Of a stretch of DNA of 64,000 nucleotides, positions 39,101 to 50,570 are shown in pieces. The stretch is taken from assembly GCF_022045235.1 (NCBI RefSeq), contig NW_027266343.1, positions 51,212,001-51,276,000 of the forward strand, in the 5' to 3' direction. The notes below the pieces were generated by a model that saw only the letters and a list, made by a program, of their open reading frames with translations, ran no database searches and was not told the DNA's origin. The first letter of the stretch is position 1, and every line of letters begins with the position of its first letter. This stretch comes from Haliotis cracherodii (taxonomy: Eukaryota). A program made the translations under genes and the position numbers.

Positions 39101-40111
39101 TACATCAAACAAGTCAGCGAGCCTGACCACCCGATTCCGTAAGTCGCCTCTTACGACAACCATAGTCGCCTTTCACGGCAAGCATTGGTTGCTGAAGACC
39201 TATTCTACCCTGGAACTTCACGGGTCACATGCCAAGTAGAAAATATGAAATTCGAAATAATGAAGCTGTTGACTGTAGTTCAGTTTCTAGGCATCTGTAT
39301 TACATAAATAGTGAAAATTTTAAAAGTAAAATTTCTGTTATTGTCTGACAATTTATTTATTACCTTAGTGAACTGGACATTCTGTCATGCACCTGAGTTT
39401 GGACAAGAATCTCCAGAAAGATACAAACTGTAACTCGAGATTGTGTAATTTGTTTCAGATCCTGCTAAGCATCGTGTTAATGTGGATGGTATGCGCCGTT
39501 CTCACTGTCACCAACGTCTTCCCCGACGACCCTAGCAGTCTTCGTTACATGGCCAGGACGGACTCTAAGTCGTCTCTGCTATATCTCACTCCCTGGTTTA
39601 TTTTCCCATACCCAGGTATGCAGTCACATAGTTGTCACGAATCTCCCTATTGTCATGTAGGTGACGCATGACCTACAGAAGGCTCTCTGACCCTCCCCAA
39701 AGTAAAGTCGCATAACTGTGCGCAAGGGCAGGCAAGGATGCACGTCCGGTTACTGCCAAAGGACAAGGCTCCGGCCAGCCGACAGTCCCAGCAAGTTTGT
39801 TTCAAGTTATTTTACGCCACTTCGCGTATCTGCTATTCCTATTTTGCTATGTGTGTATGGAATCTGAGCATCGATCTACGCATTTGGGACCGGATGACAT
39901 GCACAAAGCGAGCCTGACCAATCAATGACGTTAGTTGCCTCATACGACAAGCATAGGTTGCTGAAACTGAATTATATGCGAGCGCACACACATACACATA
40001 CGCATACGCACACTCACAACAATGTCTTTGAAACGGGCACCGGGTAGTAGAGCATAGCCCTCCTAAAACAACATACATGATAAATTTATACAAAGCAGCA
40101 ATAAGTGGACC

Positions 40112-40184
<73 letters not shown>

Positions 40185-43100
40185 CTATGGTTTTCTTTTA
40201 CCATTTTGCAGATTTAAGCATTCTGATTAGACTATAAAGTTGTTTATTATAATCGGTAATGTTATCTGGAATCGTTTTGTAAACTGCTTTCTGTTTCTTC
40301 ATAAAAATGTTCATCCACAAGTATGAGCTTTGCCTCATACGTCTTTCGCATCCTCCACAAGGATTCCTTGTGCTGTCACCTAGGGTCATTTCTAAGTTCC
40401 GGAACATTACAGGAACAGATGATATGAAAAATATAAATTGTCAATGCAAGAGAATAACCAACCTTGATTTTTTGCCGAAAATGAATCCACTTGGCGGTAA
40501 GGGCAAATAGTTGTGTAAATAATATGAATGAACGAGTGAAAATCAGTGATGACGCCAGGTTTTTGCGAAAAGGGGAGTGTGAGTATAGGAACAATAAGAT
40601 AGAACTTGTGGTGTGACATTGTGTGTATTGGTCCTGCTGACATCTGCGTTGAATTCCACAACCAATCAGATTATGATCTTGTAGCGTGCTTGTTGTCCTG
40701 TAAGCCACATTCAGATATTGATCCAGATACCAGTCGTTCTTACTCACGGACTGGAATTCGAGGTTTTTAATAGATGGGCGGAATTTAAAAATGAACATAT
40801 GTTACCACAATGGGCTACGGTTGTATTCTCTGACAATGTTATTATTATCATGTAATTATTCGTAATGCTATACCTTGTAACGCCTACGGAGGAATAAAAT
40901 TATATATATAGGATAAGCAAATTGGTTCATCCAGATCTGCCCTTATCCAATTAGGTGAGGGATATAACATACAGCAGTGAAATTAGGTGTATTTAAAGAT
41001 GGGGCGGTGGGGTAGCCTAGAGGATCAAGCGTTCGCTCGTCACTCCGGAGATCCGGGTTCGATTCTGGTGTCAATAATCACTCACTTATTTATTTAGAGA
41101 TGAAATGGGACATTATGATGTTTTCATTTTCTTTCAGGTCAGTTTGGAATGCCAGGTTTTAGCGTGGCTGTGTTTATCGGGTTTAGCGCAGCTTTCTTTT
41201 CATCGTTGGTGGAGTCTGTGGGTGACTATTTTGCTGGATCAAAAGCTTGTGAAGTCGACACTCCGCCAGATCACGCGGTGAACAGAGGAATTTTCATGGA
41301 GGGGCTAGGTGGCCTACTTTCTGGTTCAATAGGTGTAGGGCATGCTACGACGTCCTACAGTGGCAACATTGCAACCATATCTGTGTCGAAGGTAATGTTT
41401 GATAGCTAATAATTAAATTTAATTTATTACGCCTTGTTGCTTGAAAGTATAAAAAATTCAAATGTTCCAAGAATACTTCAAGTTGGCTACTTCCTTTACA
41501 GAATATAATTGTGTGTTTTAAAGCAATGTCCGATAAATCCTGTGTTTGACAGACATTCAGGTTAGGTTAGAAGCAATTCCATACATATTCCCTGAACAGA
41601 CAAGACACTAGATTTACGAATTCAAATATTTTACAATGTTCTTTCATGATTGGAATAGACGACGATACAGCCAGTACTCGAAACGCCTTGCTACGTGTCA
41701 TCTCAAATACAGTTGGAAACGTCTTGTAGGATAAGGACATCCCAATCTCTGTCTTATACTCAAGAAAGTATCTATTCCAGCTAAATGTAAAATCATAACC
41801 GTTTTCTGATTCGATCAAATGGCGAGAGCTCGGTCGTACAAGGTGGCATCTTTGAATGTGGATCTATAATAATATGTGTACGAATGTTGCGCTAGACTCC
41901 ATACACAAGGGTGATGTACATGTGCGTTTGGTTCAGGGGATTAAATCCTCCCTATCTGCCACCACGGAGAGGCGTACGTCATCATCATTATAATTACCAA
42001 CGAGTTTGAATTAGTTTCTGCATACAACGCAAAAAGCCTGGGCACCTGGGCATTTTGAAATAAGCTTCTGATGTGAAATAATGACCTACCGTTTTCCCGA
42101 GTTGATGAAATTCGAATATTTTTTATATGTTCTTGTTGCAGACCGGGAGCAGATCCGTGATGGTCTGTGCTGGAATCATGCTGATTATCTTTGCCATTCT
42201 GGGGAAGTTTGGTGCTGGATTGGCGTCCATCCCCAATCCTGCTTTAGGGGGTGTCCTCATCCCCACGTTAGGGATGCTGGTCTCACTCGGGCTGTCCACT
42301 CTTCGTTACATCAACTTGACCTCGACGAGAAACCTAACAATATTGGGGACGTCAATGTTTGTTGGTATGTTTGTGCCGGAATGGATTAATCTGCATCCCG
42401 ACTTCATCAACACAGGTAAAGTGCTTCACACATATAATTGACACTTCTCATACACGTTACAGAAGTAACTGATTGTTTTGTTATTGAGGGCCCTGCCATG
42501 TGATATTCGGGAGGGATGGGAAGGGGCTGGATTTGTTTGATAAGAATAATCTTTTCCTGAAAATCCTTGAACATTTTTTTCCTTAATGTTTACCCCAAAC
42601 AGAAATATATCGTCGACTGGACTTGCTACACTTTCAGCGAATCCATAACGTTTAGTGTCTTGAAAAGCTGACAGAAAAGATTTTGTGTCAAACAAAACTC
42701 TGATCCCCAAAACATGACAATCTTATGATATAGGTCACTGTGATCTACTTTCAATGAGAAGCACATGCTTGTCGTTACGTTGAATTCCACCTGGGGCCAT
42801 CATATTTGGTTTATATGCTGGATTTGGAATGTTCTTGAAATCTTGGTCATTGGCTTTGATGGCCAAATGCACCCTCAATAATATTATATTCCAAAAGCAT
42901 CAGCAGTTTTCACGATGTATGTATCAATTGATTTGAATTGGTAAGGTTTTGAACGACCTTCATTGAAGGCCAAGGCCACGGGAATGGTCATTCAAAAGAT
43001 GGTTCTGCTTCTTGGCTGACTGAACTGAGTTTGTAAGAGGATGTACTCATGTTTTCAACTAAACATAAACAGGTAGGTAATTGTCAGAAACAGAGGAACA

Positions 43101-44151
43101 GGGTTATTAATTAACCGGGAGTATATGAAAGTTGTTCGGCTCCTTTTCAAAGAAAAATGTGCGTTCCAGGTACATCTTGTATGTGGTTGCAGTAGGCATC
43201 ACGATGTATTTTACCAACGTAATGGTATAAACAATCTTAAAATGCATACTTGTATGGAATTGTTTCTGGCGAATTCTTTAAATGCGAGAAGGGGGAGGGG
43301 CTTCTGTTTTTGCAAGTCCTGCAAACACATCTCTAGTTATATTTTATATTTTACAGGAAACCCCGAAGGGAATGCCATTTTGAAAGTAATCTGTGGTACA
43401 CCGATGTTCCTAGGCGGTATGATTGCTATGATCCTTGATAATACTGTGAAAGGTAAGCACGATTGTGACATGAACAGAAGACTATGGTATTTGTTACAGA
43501 CATTTTATTCAAAGTAAATACCGTCTGGACTTGCTGACTGTAGGTCATAGAACGTCATCGGGGCCAATCGTTGCTCTATCAATTCGATTCTCGACAGGCC
43601 TCTGTCGTACAGCGAGTCTATGTCGGCGGGGTATTGATAATAATCACTCACTCTCTTCAGAGGACGTAAAATTGTTTGGATCAGATCTTCATTTCGTTGT
43701 TAACCATCCTATTGTGTCTGTATTGAGTAAATGTAGATTTACGGCAGGGTCAACAGTAAGACAGGTGTGTAAAGGCGACCTGTAAATAATAAAGTCCAGG
43801 CAAGGCAATTCGGTGATCTGCCCGGTCTGAACCAAATTTCCCGTGATTGTTTCCACGATGTGATTTTGTCTTATACATCTCTGTAATTCAAAGGATACAA
43901 ATATGTTTGTTTCAGGCTCGATTGAGGACAGGGGAATTGCAAAATGGCGGGAGCGTCATGGTGCAGATTCCAGCACTCAAGAAGGAGGTGCTATCTCTTA
44001 CATGCTTCCTTCGTCGGTTGCCTATGGTTGGACTTGTATACCAAGTCTCTACAAGAGGTTAAATATCCTGTCATACCTGCCGTTTATGCCACCGAACAGT
44101 GAAACACATAACTTGAAATACACGCTCGACAAAGATCATGTCATCATCTAG
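30943..44151 (+). CDS. SLC23A: Solute carrier family 23 (nucleobase-ascorbate transporter, NAT/NCS2) gene, 11 coding exons, 623 aa
   Basis: Exons 30943-31131, 32983-33140, 35742-35839, 36287-36387, 37319-37500, 38704-38830, 39459-39615, 41138-41391, 42142-42415, 43357-43452 and 43916-44151 join in frame (1872 nt) with matching phases. Family motifs: LQ|H, RLPIFQGPS, IGPVTVAPTISLIGL, ARTD, PYPGQFG, ESVGDY, HAVNRGIFMEG, STRNL, LDNT. Confidence 0.93.
31200..31468 (-). mobile_element. SINE-like family A, head-to-head with a family C copy (31472-31740)
   Basis: Similarity to the other copies. Confidence 0.85.
32983..33140 (+). CDS. SLC23A: SLC23 exon 2 (HVLLSLSSC...LQTLVGIR)
   Basis: ttttccccag acceptor, AG|gtaaga donor; completes the QH motif. 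Confidence 0.92.
33230..34930 (-). mobile_element. Decayed large DNA-transposon ORF, probably Academ (AcademX)-type, in SLC23 intron 2
   Basis: Frameshifted - strand peptides: DVYPVRT..C....DDWG, EFTQDVHVVEAIYHQYC, AGHNLY, HPEVY..F, TDLVIEKVLM, QRAKWLLSRPAC, GEQH, NPF..D.NLRNIATGV. Superfamily assignment is from recalled motifs, not a search. Confidence 0.65.
33541..33968. repeat. 71-bp minisatellite, about 6 copies, amplified from transposase-coding sequence
   Basis: gatatcctcc recurs at 33611 and 33682; the - strand unit reads TDLVIEKVLM..TTGELTGG. Confidence 0.9.
35742..35839 (+). CDS. SLC23A: SLC23 exon 3 (RLPIFQGPSSSFLPALLAIQNNAEWSCDHVSNG)
   Basis: Not in the ORF track. ttttcggacag acceptor, G|gtttgt donor; conserved LPIxQG and WxC. 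Confidence 0.9.
36287..36387 (+). CDS. SLC23A: SLC23 exon 4 (DTNTYDENNSTISPLNMTETSSLLGLTETEKLQK), N-glycosylated loop
   Basis: ttgcattacag acceptor, AAG|gtagta donor; phases fit exons 3 and 5; N-x-S/T sequons as expected in the SVCT extracellular loop. Confidence 0.8.
37319..37500 (+). CDS. SLC23A: SLC23 exon 5 (LSGSLMAAS...SWEISIA)
   Basis: tgttgcag acceptor, gtaagt donor; YIGPVTVAPTISLIGL. Confidence 0.92.
38300..38520 (-). mobile_element. Decayed Penelope-like RT C-terminal fragment
   Basis: GVFNIHLLRYNRSCS.FQD.......RKLLDQGY resembles the GVYxSQLIRYARACS...KLLxQGY thumb region. Confidence 0.55.
38704..38830 (+). CDS. SLC23A: SLC23 exon 6 (AAVLVLVFTLFLDNVRLPLP...RLFGLLP)
   Basis: catatgccag acceptor, CCG|gtatgc donor; the VxLPLP...LFxLLP pattern of the family. 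Confidence 0.88.
38965..39227 (-). mobile_element. SINE-like family A (further copies at 27710-27885, 37640-37847, 39800-39965, 44195-44380)
   Basis: Similarity to the other copies. Confidence 0.85.
39459..39615 (+). CDS. SLC23A: SLC23 exon 7 (ILLSIVLMW...ARTD...PWFIFPYP)
   Basis: tgtttcag acceptor, G|gtatgc donor. Confidence 0.92.
40117..40181. repeat. (TA)n microsatellite
   Basis: About 32 TA units. Confidence 0.97.
41138..41391 (+). CDS. SLC23A: SLC23 exon 8 (GQFGMPG...ESVGDY...TTSYSGNIATISVSK)
   Basis: ttctttcag acceptor, AAG|gtaatg donor; contains the NAT signature region. Confidence 0.93.
42142..42415 (+). CDS. SLC23A: SLC23 exon 9 (TGSRSVMV...DFINT)
   Basis: cttgttgcag acceptor, G|gtaaag donor; GKFGA, STRNL. 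Confidence 0.93.
43357..43452 (+). CDS. SLC23A: SLC23 exon 10 (GNPEGNAILKVICGTPMFLGGMIAMILDNTVK)
   Basis: ttttacag acceptor, G|gtaagc donor; MFxGG...LDNT. Confidence 0.92.
43916..44151 (+). CDS. SLC23A: SLC23 exon 11 (GSIEDRGIAKW...YLPFMP...HVII*)
   Basis: gtttgtttcag acceptor; GxxEERG..W and YLPFxP tail motifs; TAG stop. Confidence 0.9.
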
Positions 44152-44597
44152 ATAACATCTGTTTACAGCGCAACACCGTGTGGATGTCAGACAGATCTGG
44201 TCTCGTTGTCTGAGCTTTTCATAAGAGTTGGCAAACAGGATCCGGCTCTGTCATCGTACCCCGATGCCTCGAATCGTTCCTAAAATATAAGCTTTCAGTG
44301 ACTGGATCGATTATTTTATACGACGCCGTTATAGAACTGGAAAGTTACTGACTCTGGCGTAAAACAAAATTCACTCACTCACTATTTTATGTAAAACCCT
44401 TTAAGACTTGCTTCAACACAACAACGCTATTTTCCGTTCTTGTTACGACTTTAACATTTTATAAGTGTCGTCATAACATTGTTTCCTCAGTTTTACGCTT
44501 ATACTCGACACACATGTGACGTTTTACTTTCTGGATATTTTGTCAATTTGTAACGCGCCAGTTTCCATTCGTCAAGATACAAGGCGCTACATAAAGG

Positions 44598-44760
44598 AGG
44601 ATATTTCATGTGTCTAGTGAAATATCATGTTTCTCTCATCGAGTGACGGGGGTGGGGGAGATAGTTTTACGAGTGACGTAGCCACGAGTGAAAGTATCTC
44701 CTTTTTCCCCGTCTTGAGACGGGAGAAACATGATATTTCACGGGACACATGGAATATTCT
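44598..44760. mobile_element. Palindromic non-autonomous element
   Basis: atatttcatgtgtc..gtgaaatatcatgtttct is inverted as agaaacatgatatttcac..gacacatggaatat around a cgagtgacgtagccacgagtg centre. Confidence 0.65.
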
Positions 44761-45299
44761 ATATATTATATACTTTTTGTGTAGTTGTTTACCAGGAAAT
44801 TAAATCATTTCATTACAAATGTAAAACCTTGAAACGTAAATTCTCCTTACCTAACACACAGGGACGGGTCACCACCCATTGTATTTGCGACTCAAAAAGT
44901 AGTTTCGTATTTGCAAAGTCATAAAAAAATATAAACAATCGTAACAAAAAAAGATAGGGTCGCGAACATTCTGTATCATACATCATAGATTTGAATATAT
45001 ACAAAATCAACTTTAACAAAAAATATTCTTGAAAACGTCGAGACTGCGTAATAATACACGCTGGCACAGTGAAAAAATGGCAATTTGCGAAACGAACGGT
45101 CTCGAGTGATGAGTTAGTTGAGAAATGTACAATTTATAACAGTTCAACATAAAATACTGTAATGAATGGAAACAAACATAACTGTAAACAAACATAAAAC
45201 GAAGATCGTTTTTAAAAATGGTGGGAAACTTGCTCAAAAGGAAAAATGGTTTGCAAAGGGGAACGCCTAGAAACTACCTCTTTCTTCAAGTATTTAGGT

Positions 45300-46170
45300 T
45301 AATATTTTACATTTTACTTTGTCAATGCATGCAAAGCAAGCCTCGATGCAAACTCAAAAGGTATTAATCGGTGTGTCAAAACAAATTTATACTCTTGGAA
45401 TTATTACTTACAAGACGTTCTTCAAGATATTTGATTTAAAGATAAGTCCGATATCACTATACGGAGCAGAAAAAAAGTACATTTATATGCCTGCAAGTGT
45501 TCTTGTTTATGGTGATTGTGGCAGATTTCCAATGTATATATATTCATATATAAAGGTTATCAAATATTGGTTAAGATTATTAAATAGGCCATGTTATAGG
45601 TTCCCCCCCCCCAAAATGTTATAATATGACGGTACTCTTTGATAAAAATGGAAAAACAAATTGGGTAACAGACGTATAAGACCTGCTGTTTTCCGTTGGT
45701 TAGGGCAATCTTATTTCATTAGATCACTGACACAAAGAATAAACGATATATATTTACAAAATTGGTCTCAATCTGTATCTGAATAAAACAAATATATTTA
45801 TTACAAAATGGTAAAAAATGAATTATATCCCGAACAGTATTTATCTTGTTTAAATGGAAAAAATATTCCGGGTTTCCTAAGCAAGATTCCGAAGTTGTTC
45901 ACGTGGTCTAATGAAACTGGACGTTACACGGGTATTAAACGAGAAGAACGCATTTGTCAATTGTGCGCCCTGAATGACATTGAAGATTGATATCACTTCC
46001 TTTTTATATGCCAATTTTATGCAACATTAAGGGCTAAGTATATATCTGAATATTACCATGTCAATCCCGATTTCTTTAAATTCACATCTCTGTTAAACAA
46101 TGCAAGGTACTTACTTTTACAAAATGTATCTATGTACATTTATCATGCAATGAGACCCCGGAAAAATATT
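45300..46170 (+). mobile_element. Decayed LINE 3' region (RTE-X-like)
   Basis: FD.KISPI.LYGAE, VYGDCGRFPMYI, IKYWLRLL, ETGRY..IKREERICQLC..NDIED.YHF...C. Confidence 0.75.
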
Positions 46171-46182
46171 ATGCCATCGACA

Positions 46183-46698
46183 CTACATCTTCCCGAGGCA
46201 AGAGAGTTAACTGACTTTAAAAGTCCAGTTTCCACCCTTGCCGAACAATGCTGGAATTCCTGGGCTCGATCGTAGAGTCACCAGTGGCAATTACGAGTTA
46301 TGTCCCTTCTATGCCTCTCCTATGGACCAATCAAATGCCACCTCTCGTAACACGTGCCTTTGCTTCAAACGAAACGGCGGCGCCCAGTCATGACGATCTG
46401 ATCGATAATCAAGATATATAGATTGTGATAAAACGAGTCTTACATCGCGAAGTGCATCAAATCACGTGAGCACCTTTATTAAAAACATGAAAAGATTTAG
46501 AAAATATCTGTTGACAACGATTTAGCGGTGAACATGCTTTGCAAATCCTGCAGTCGACCGAAATCTGCATGACTGTTTACGAACCGCATTTCGATTTCGA
46601 AGCACGATTTTGACTCGTTAGTCCTGCCAAAATGACCAGCCCAGGGTGGAAACTAGACTTTTATAGTCAGTTAACTCACTTGCTTCGGGAAAATGTAG
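46183..46698. mobile_element. MITE with about 55-bp terminal inverted repeats
   Basis: ctacatcttcccgaggcaagagagttaactgactttaaaagtccagtttccaccct is inverted at 46643-46698. Confidence 0.8.
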
Positions 46699-48810
46699 AC
46701 TCTACTGCTGTGAATGTACTAATTATAAATGAACTATAGGTCTCTGGCCTCCTCAGTACGGACATAAAGAAATCGAACGGGACCTATTCAAGAGAATAAC
46801 AAACGCCATGAAGCGACATTAACTCCATAAGTGACCATCTGTCATTATTTTGCATTGTCGATGTGGAACTAACGTAAAAACGGACGTCAACAGTTGGTGA
46901 ACGGGCCAGACACTTACGATAAAGGGAGACAATTTGAGGGGAGGTCACTCTTGTATGACAATAGTTCCGTGAAAGTGTTATGTTTCAAACAGTGAAATGT
47001 AAAGTGTTATGTTCACTGCAGTCACATATCAGTTGTTATGTTTACTGAAATGAAAATATCACTTTTCGCAACTTTGGAAAACTCTTTCACACTAATAAAT
47101 CATTAGATGTGCAATTTGAGGAGTTTCAGCTGAGACTTGAACGATGAAAGGTAACTGCTTCATTTTGGTAGTTGGCTTCTTTGTGAGGGTCCGTAGTTCA
47201 GGAATGACCTCTCTCCATACCAATTTTGGTTGAAACTATGGAACCATGAGAAGGCTTTAATTTTCAGAACGAAGTGACCTGGTTGGTTTGCATTTGGACA
47301 GCAGTTAAATAAAATAAAAAACATAAAGTAGCTTGTCAAAAATGTGTGGCGCTTCGACTAATAAACTGACACGGCTTTCGTGAATTGTTACTACGCACTG
47401 AGTTATGATCGGGAGTGTAGCACATCCGACTTCGAACGCTGACAGTTTGGTTTATTTCCAACTCATTTGTGCATATGTCTTTGTGTGACGATACAAATTG
47501 TTAACAATGGTGTTCAGTCATCTTATATAATTATTACGTAGTCCTCATATGTATATTGTGTTTGCTGAACATATTAAGATATGCGTTATTTGATTAATAC
47601 AGTAAATGGTTTGGGAAACTAATTTTCAGATGATTCGATTTTATGTCCACTGACATTCAAGAAAAATATGTAAAAGCGTTTTTTATTAATGTGTTTTTTA
47701 TTAATCCTGGGACGGCCAATAAAAGAATAATAGATACCAGACAAAGTGGCTTATAACTTTGATCTACAATCAGACACGCATTTTAAACGTCAACGCCAGA
47801 GATTAATGAGTCTCGAAGTTTAGCCGAAACAGATTACATATGGCGTGAAAGGAAAAATAGGGATGTAAAGAGGTATGAAAATGCCTTGTAGAGGTCATGG
47901 CATGTGGTAGCATAGCACATCAAGTTGACAAGGGACGTGTCATATACAATATACAGTGTATTTGGTCATTGCTCTCACGCTGGTGTGTAGAGGAGAAGAA
48001 ATACCGGGTATCTAAGGAGGTCAATATGGAGGTCAAGATAATTAGAGTGTTCATCAACCGTCTTGTCTGAATGATGTACATTTTGTTGCGATAAACAATA
48101 AAACCCAGAATTTGCTCCATCTCCTTCGTAGCAAACGCAATTTGTGAGTGAGTTGGGTTTAACTCCGCTTTGAACAGTATTCCAGTTATATCACGGCGTG
48201 TCAGCTTAATGTTCGAGGAAAGGCCGACGTGGTGAAAGTCTAGGATGTTTACCACTTCATGTGCTTGAGATCTGAAGATTCATGTTACGATCCTACACGG
48301 TAAAATTGTAACAATGAACATTATTTGTGTTCTGACATTTAATTTCCTTTCATGTCACACTCTCCTTGTTTTCCTAGACAGTATTGATTCTTACCATTGT
48401 CAAACACAAAATTTCCTTTGATGTTTTGTCAGGCGGAACTACATCCTCCAATATCTACGTGTGATTAATTGAATAAAACACTAACAATGTTTGCGGATAT
48501 TGGCAATAATTATGAAATCGAATCCGTCAATCAACTTTGACTAGTCTTGATCTTAAAAGCCGATATGTTAATACTCGGGGCGACTTATGTACACTGGAAG
48601 GACAATACCATTGGTTTTATGCCCAAGCATCGATTGAATTACAGTCGCGTTCGGAATAGACATTCATTGTACAATTGAAGTGTTGTATCACGCATGTTTG
48701 CTCCAGATTCAAGTGGATATGAAGTTTGAAGTCTAGGTTGTGGATATTCTTAAGCATGACGTTTATTCGTTTTGGCCTGTGTTTGTGGAGTCATCTTTCA
48801 CAATTTGGTG

Positions 48811-49432
48811 ATTTGCTGAAATTTCACTTCGACTCTGACTTTACAGGTGGTGATTTTATTCTTTTGGAAGCCTTCTGTGAACCATCAGACACAAAGCTTT
48901 GACTTTTGCAGACGATTTGCTGAAATTTGACTTCGACTCTGACTTTACAGGTGGTGACTTGATTCTTTTTGAAGCCTTATGTGAACCATCAGACTCATAG
49001 CTTTGACTTCTGCAGACGATTTGCTGAAATTTGACTTCAACTCTGACTTTACAGGTGGTGACTTTATTCTTTTGAAAGCCTTCTGTGAACCATCAGACAC
49101 AAAGCTTTGACTTTTGCAGACGATTTGCTAAAAATTGACTTCGACTCTGACTTTACAGGTGGTGACTTTATTCTTTTGAAAGCCTTATGTGAACAATCAG
49201 ACACAAAGCTTTGACTTTTGCAGACGATTTGCTAAAATTTGACTTCGACTCTGACTTTACAGGTGGTGACTTTATTCTTTTTTAAGCCTTATAAGAACCA
49301 TCAGACACAAAGCTTTGACTTTTGCAGACGATTTGTTGAAAATTGACTTCGAATCTGACTTTACAGGTGGTGACTTTATTCTTTTGAAAGCTTTCTGTGA
49401 ACCATCAGACACAAGGTTTTGACTTTTGCAGA
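48811..49432. repeat. 104-bp tandem repeat, about 6 copies
   Basis: gactttacag recurs at 48837, 48941, 49045. Confidence 0.93.
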
Positions 49433-49919
49433 AGGAATGTTTCTACTGACCAACACCAAAAGCATGTAGACTCCTCTAACTCAAAGGACCGATCATGTTT
49501 CTTAAGCGTTTTTAATTACTTTTTGTTCTGCTAGAAAGTCGTTATACTTCTACTCACGCTTGAAATGTACAGTTACATCAGAGTTGTATTTTACACTGTA
49601 TTAAGAATAGCAGTAATTAATAATGTTTCATGACACTTTTACTTTCTTGAAATACAAAATGCTGAAAAGGTCAGTGTCATATTGAAGATATCAAGACAAA
49701 GTGTTTATTGTGTAATGTCATTGAAGAGGAAAAACTTTATTTTCCATTGTCCATTATATCAAGAATTACGAACTCCTAACATAATTACAGTTCGTAACAA
49801 GGCTGCACCCTGTTTGATGTCACTAACATAGATAATTAAATATTAGATAATTATATAAAAAAATATTTAGATAATGTATTAAAATTCGTTGTAATGTAAT
49901 GTAAATGCAACAATATGTG

Positions 49920-50570
49920 CAACCACTGCAATATGTAATCAGAACTAGAGCTTCCTGTGGCTAATACCACTGCTACCTGTAATCATTATCATTGCTACCT
50001 GTAATTAATACCACTGCATTCTGTAAAGAGGACTAGAGCTACGTGCAATTAATACCACTGCTACCTGTAGTTGTTATCATTGCTACCTGCAATTACTAAC
50101 ACTGCTACCTGTAATTATTATCATTGCTAACTGCAATTACTACCACCACTATATGTAATTTTTATCATTGCTTCCTGCAATTAATACCACCACTACCTGT
50201 AACTATTATCATTGCTACCTGCAGTCAATACCACTGCAGTATGTAAAGAGGACTAGAAACACCTGCAATTACTACCACTGCTACCTGTAATTATAATCAT
50301 TGCTTCCTGCAATTAATACCACCACTATCTGTAATTATTATCATTGGATCCTGCAATTAATACCACCACTACCTGTAATTATTATCATTGCTTCCTGCAA
50401 TTAATACTACCACTACCTGTAATTATAAACATTGCTACCTGCAATTACAACCTCTGCTACCTGTAACTATTATCATTGCTACCTGCAACTAATACCACTG
50501 CACTCCGTAAAGAGGACAAGTGCTACCTGCGATTAATACCACTGATACCTGTAGTTATTATCATTGCTAA
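49920..50570. repeat. Higher-order minisatellite of about 21-22-bp subunits
   Basis: Alternating ctacctgtaattattatcattg and ctacctgcaattaataccactg subunits, periodically interrupted by gtaaagaggactagag. Confidence 0.85.

Noticed and set aside
48811-49432. 104-bp repeat as a retrozyme
   Set aside because: The - strand has CTGATGG rather than CTGANGA and no correctly placed GAAA.
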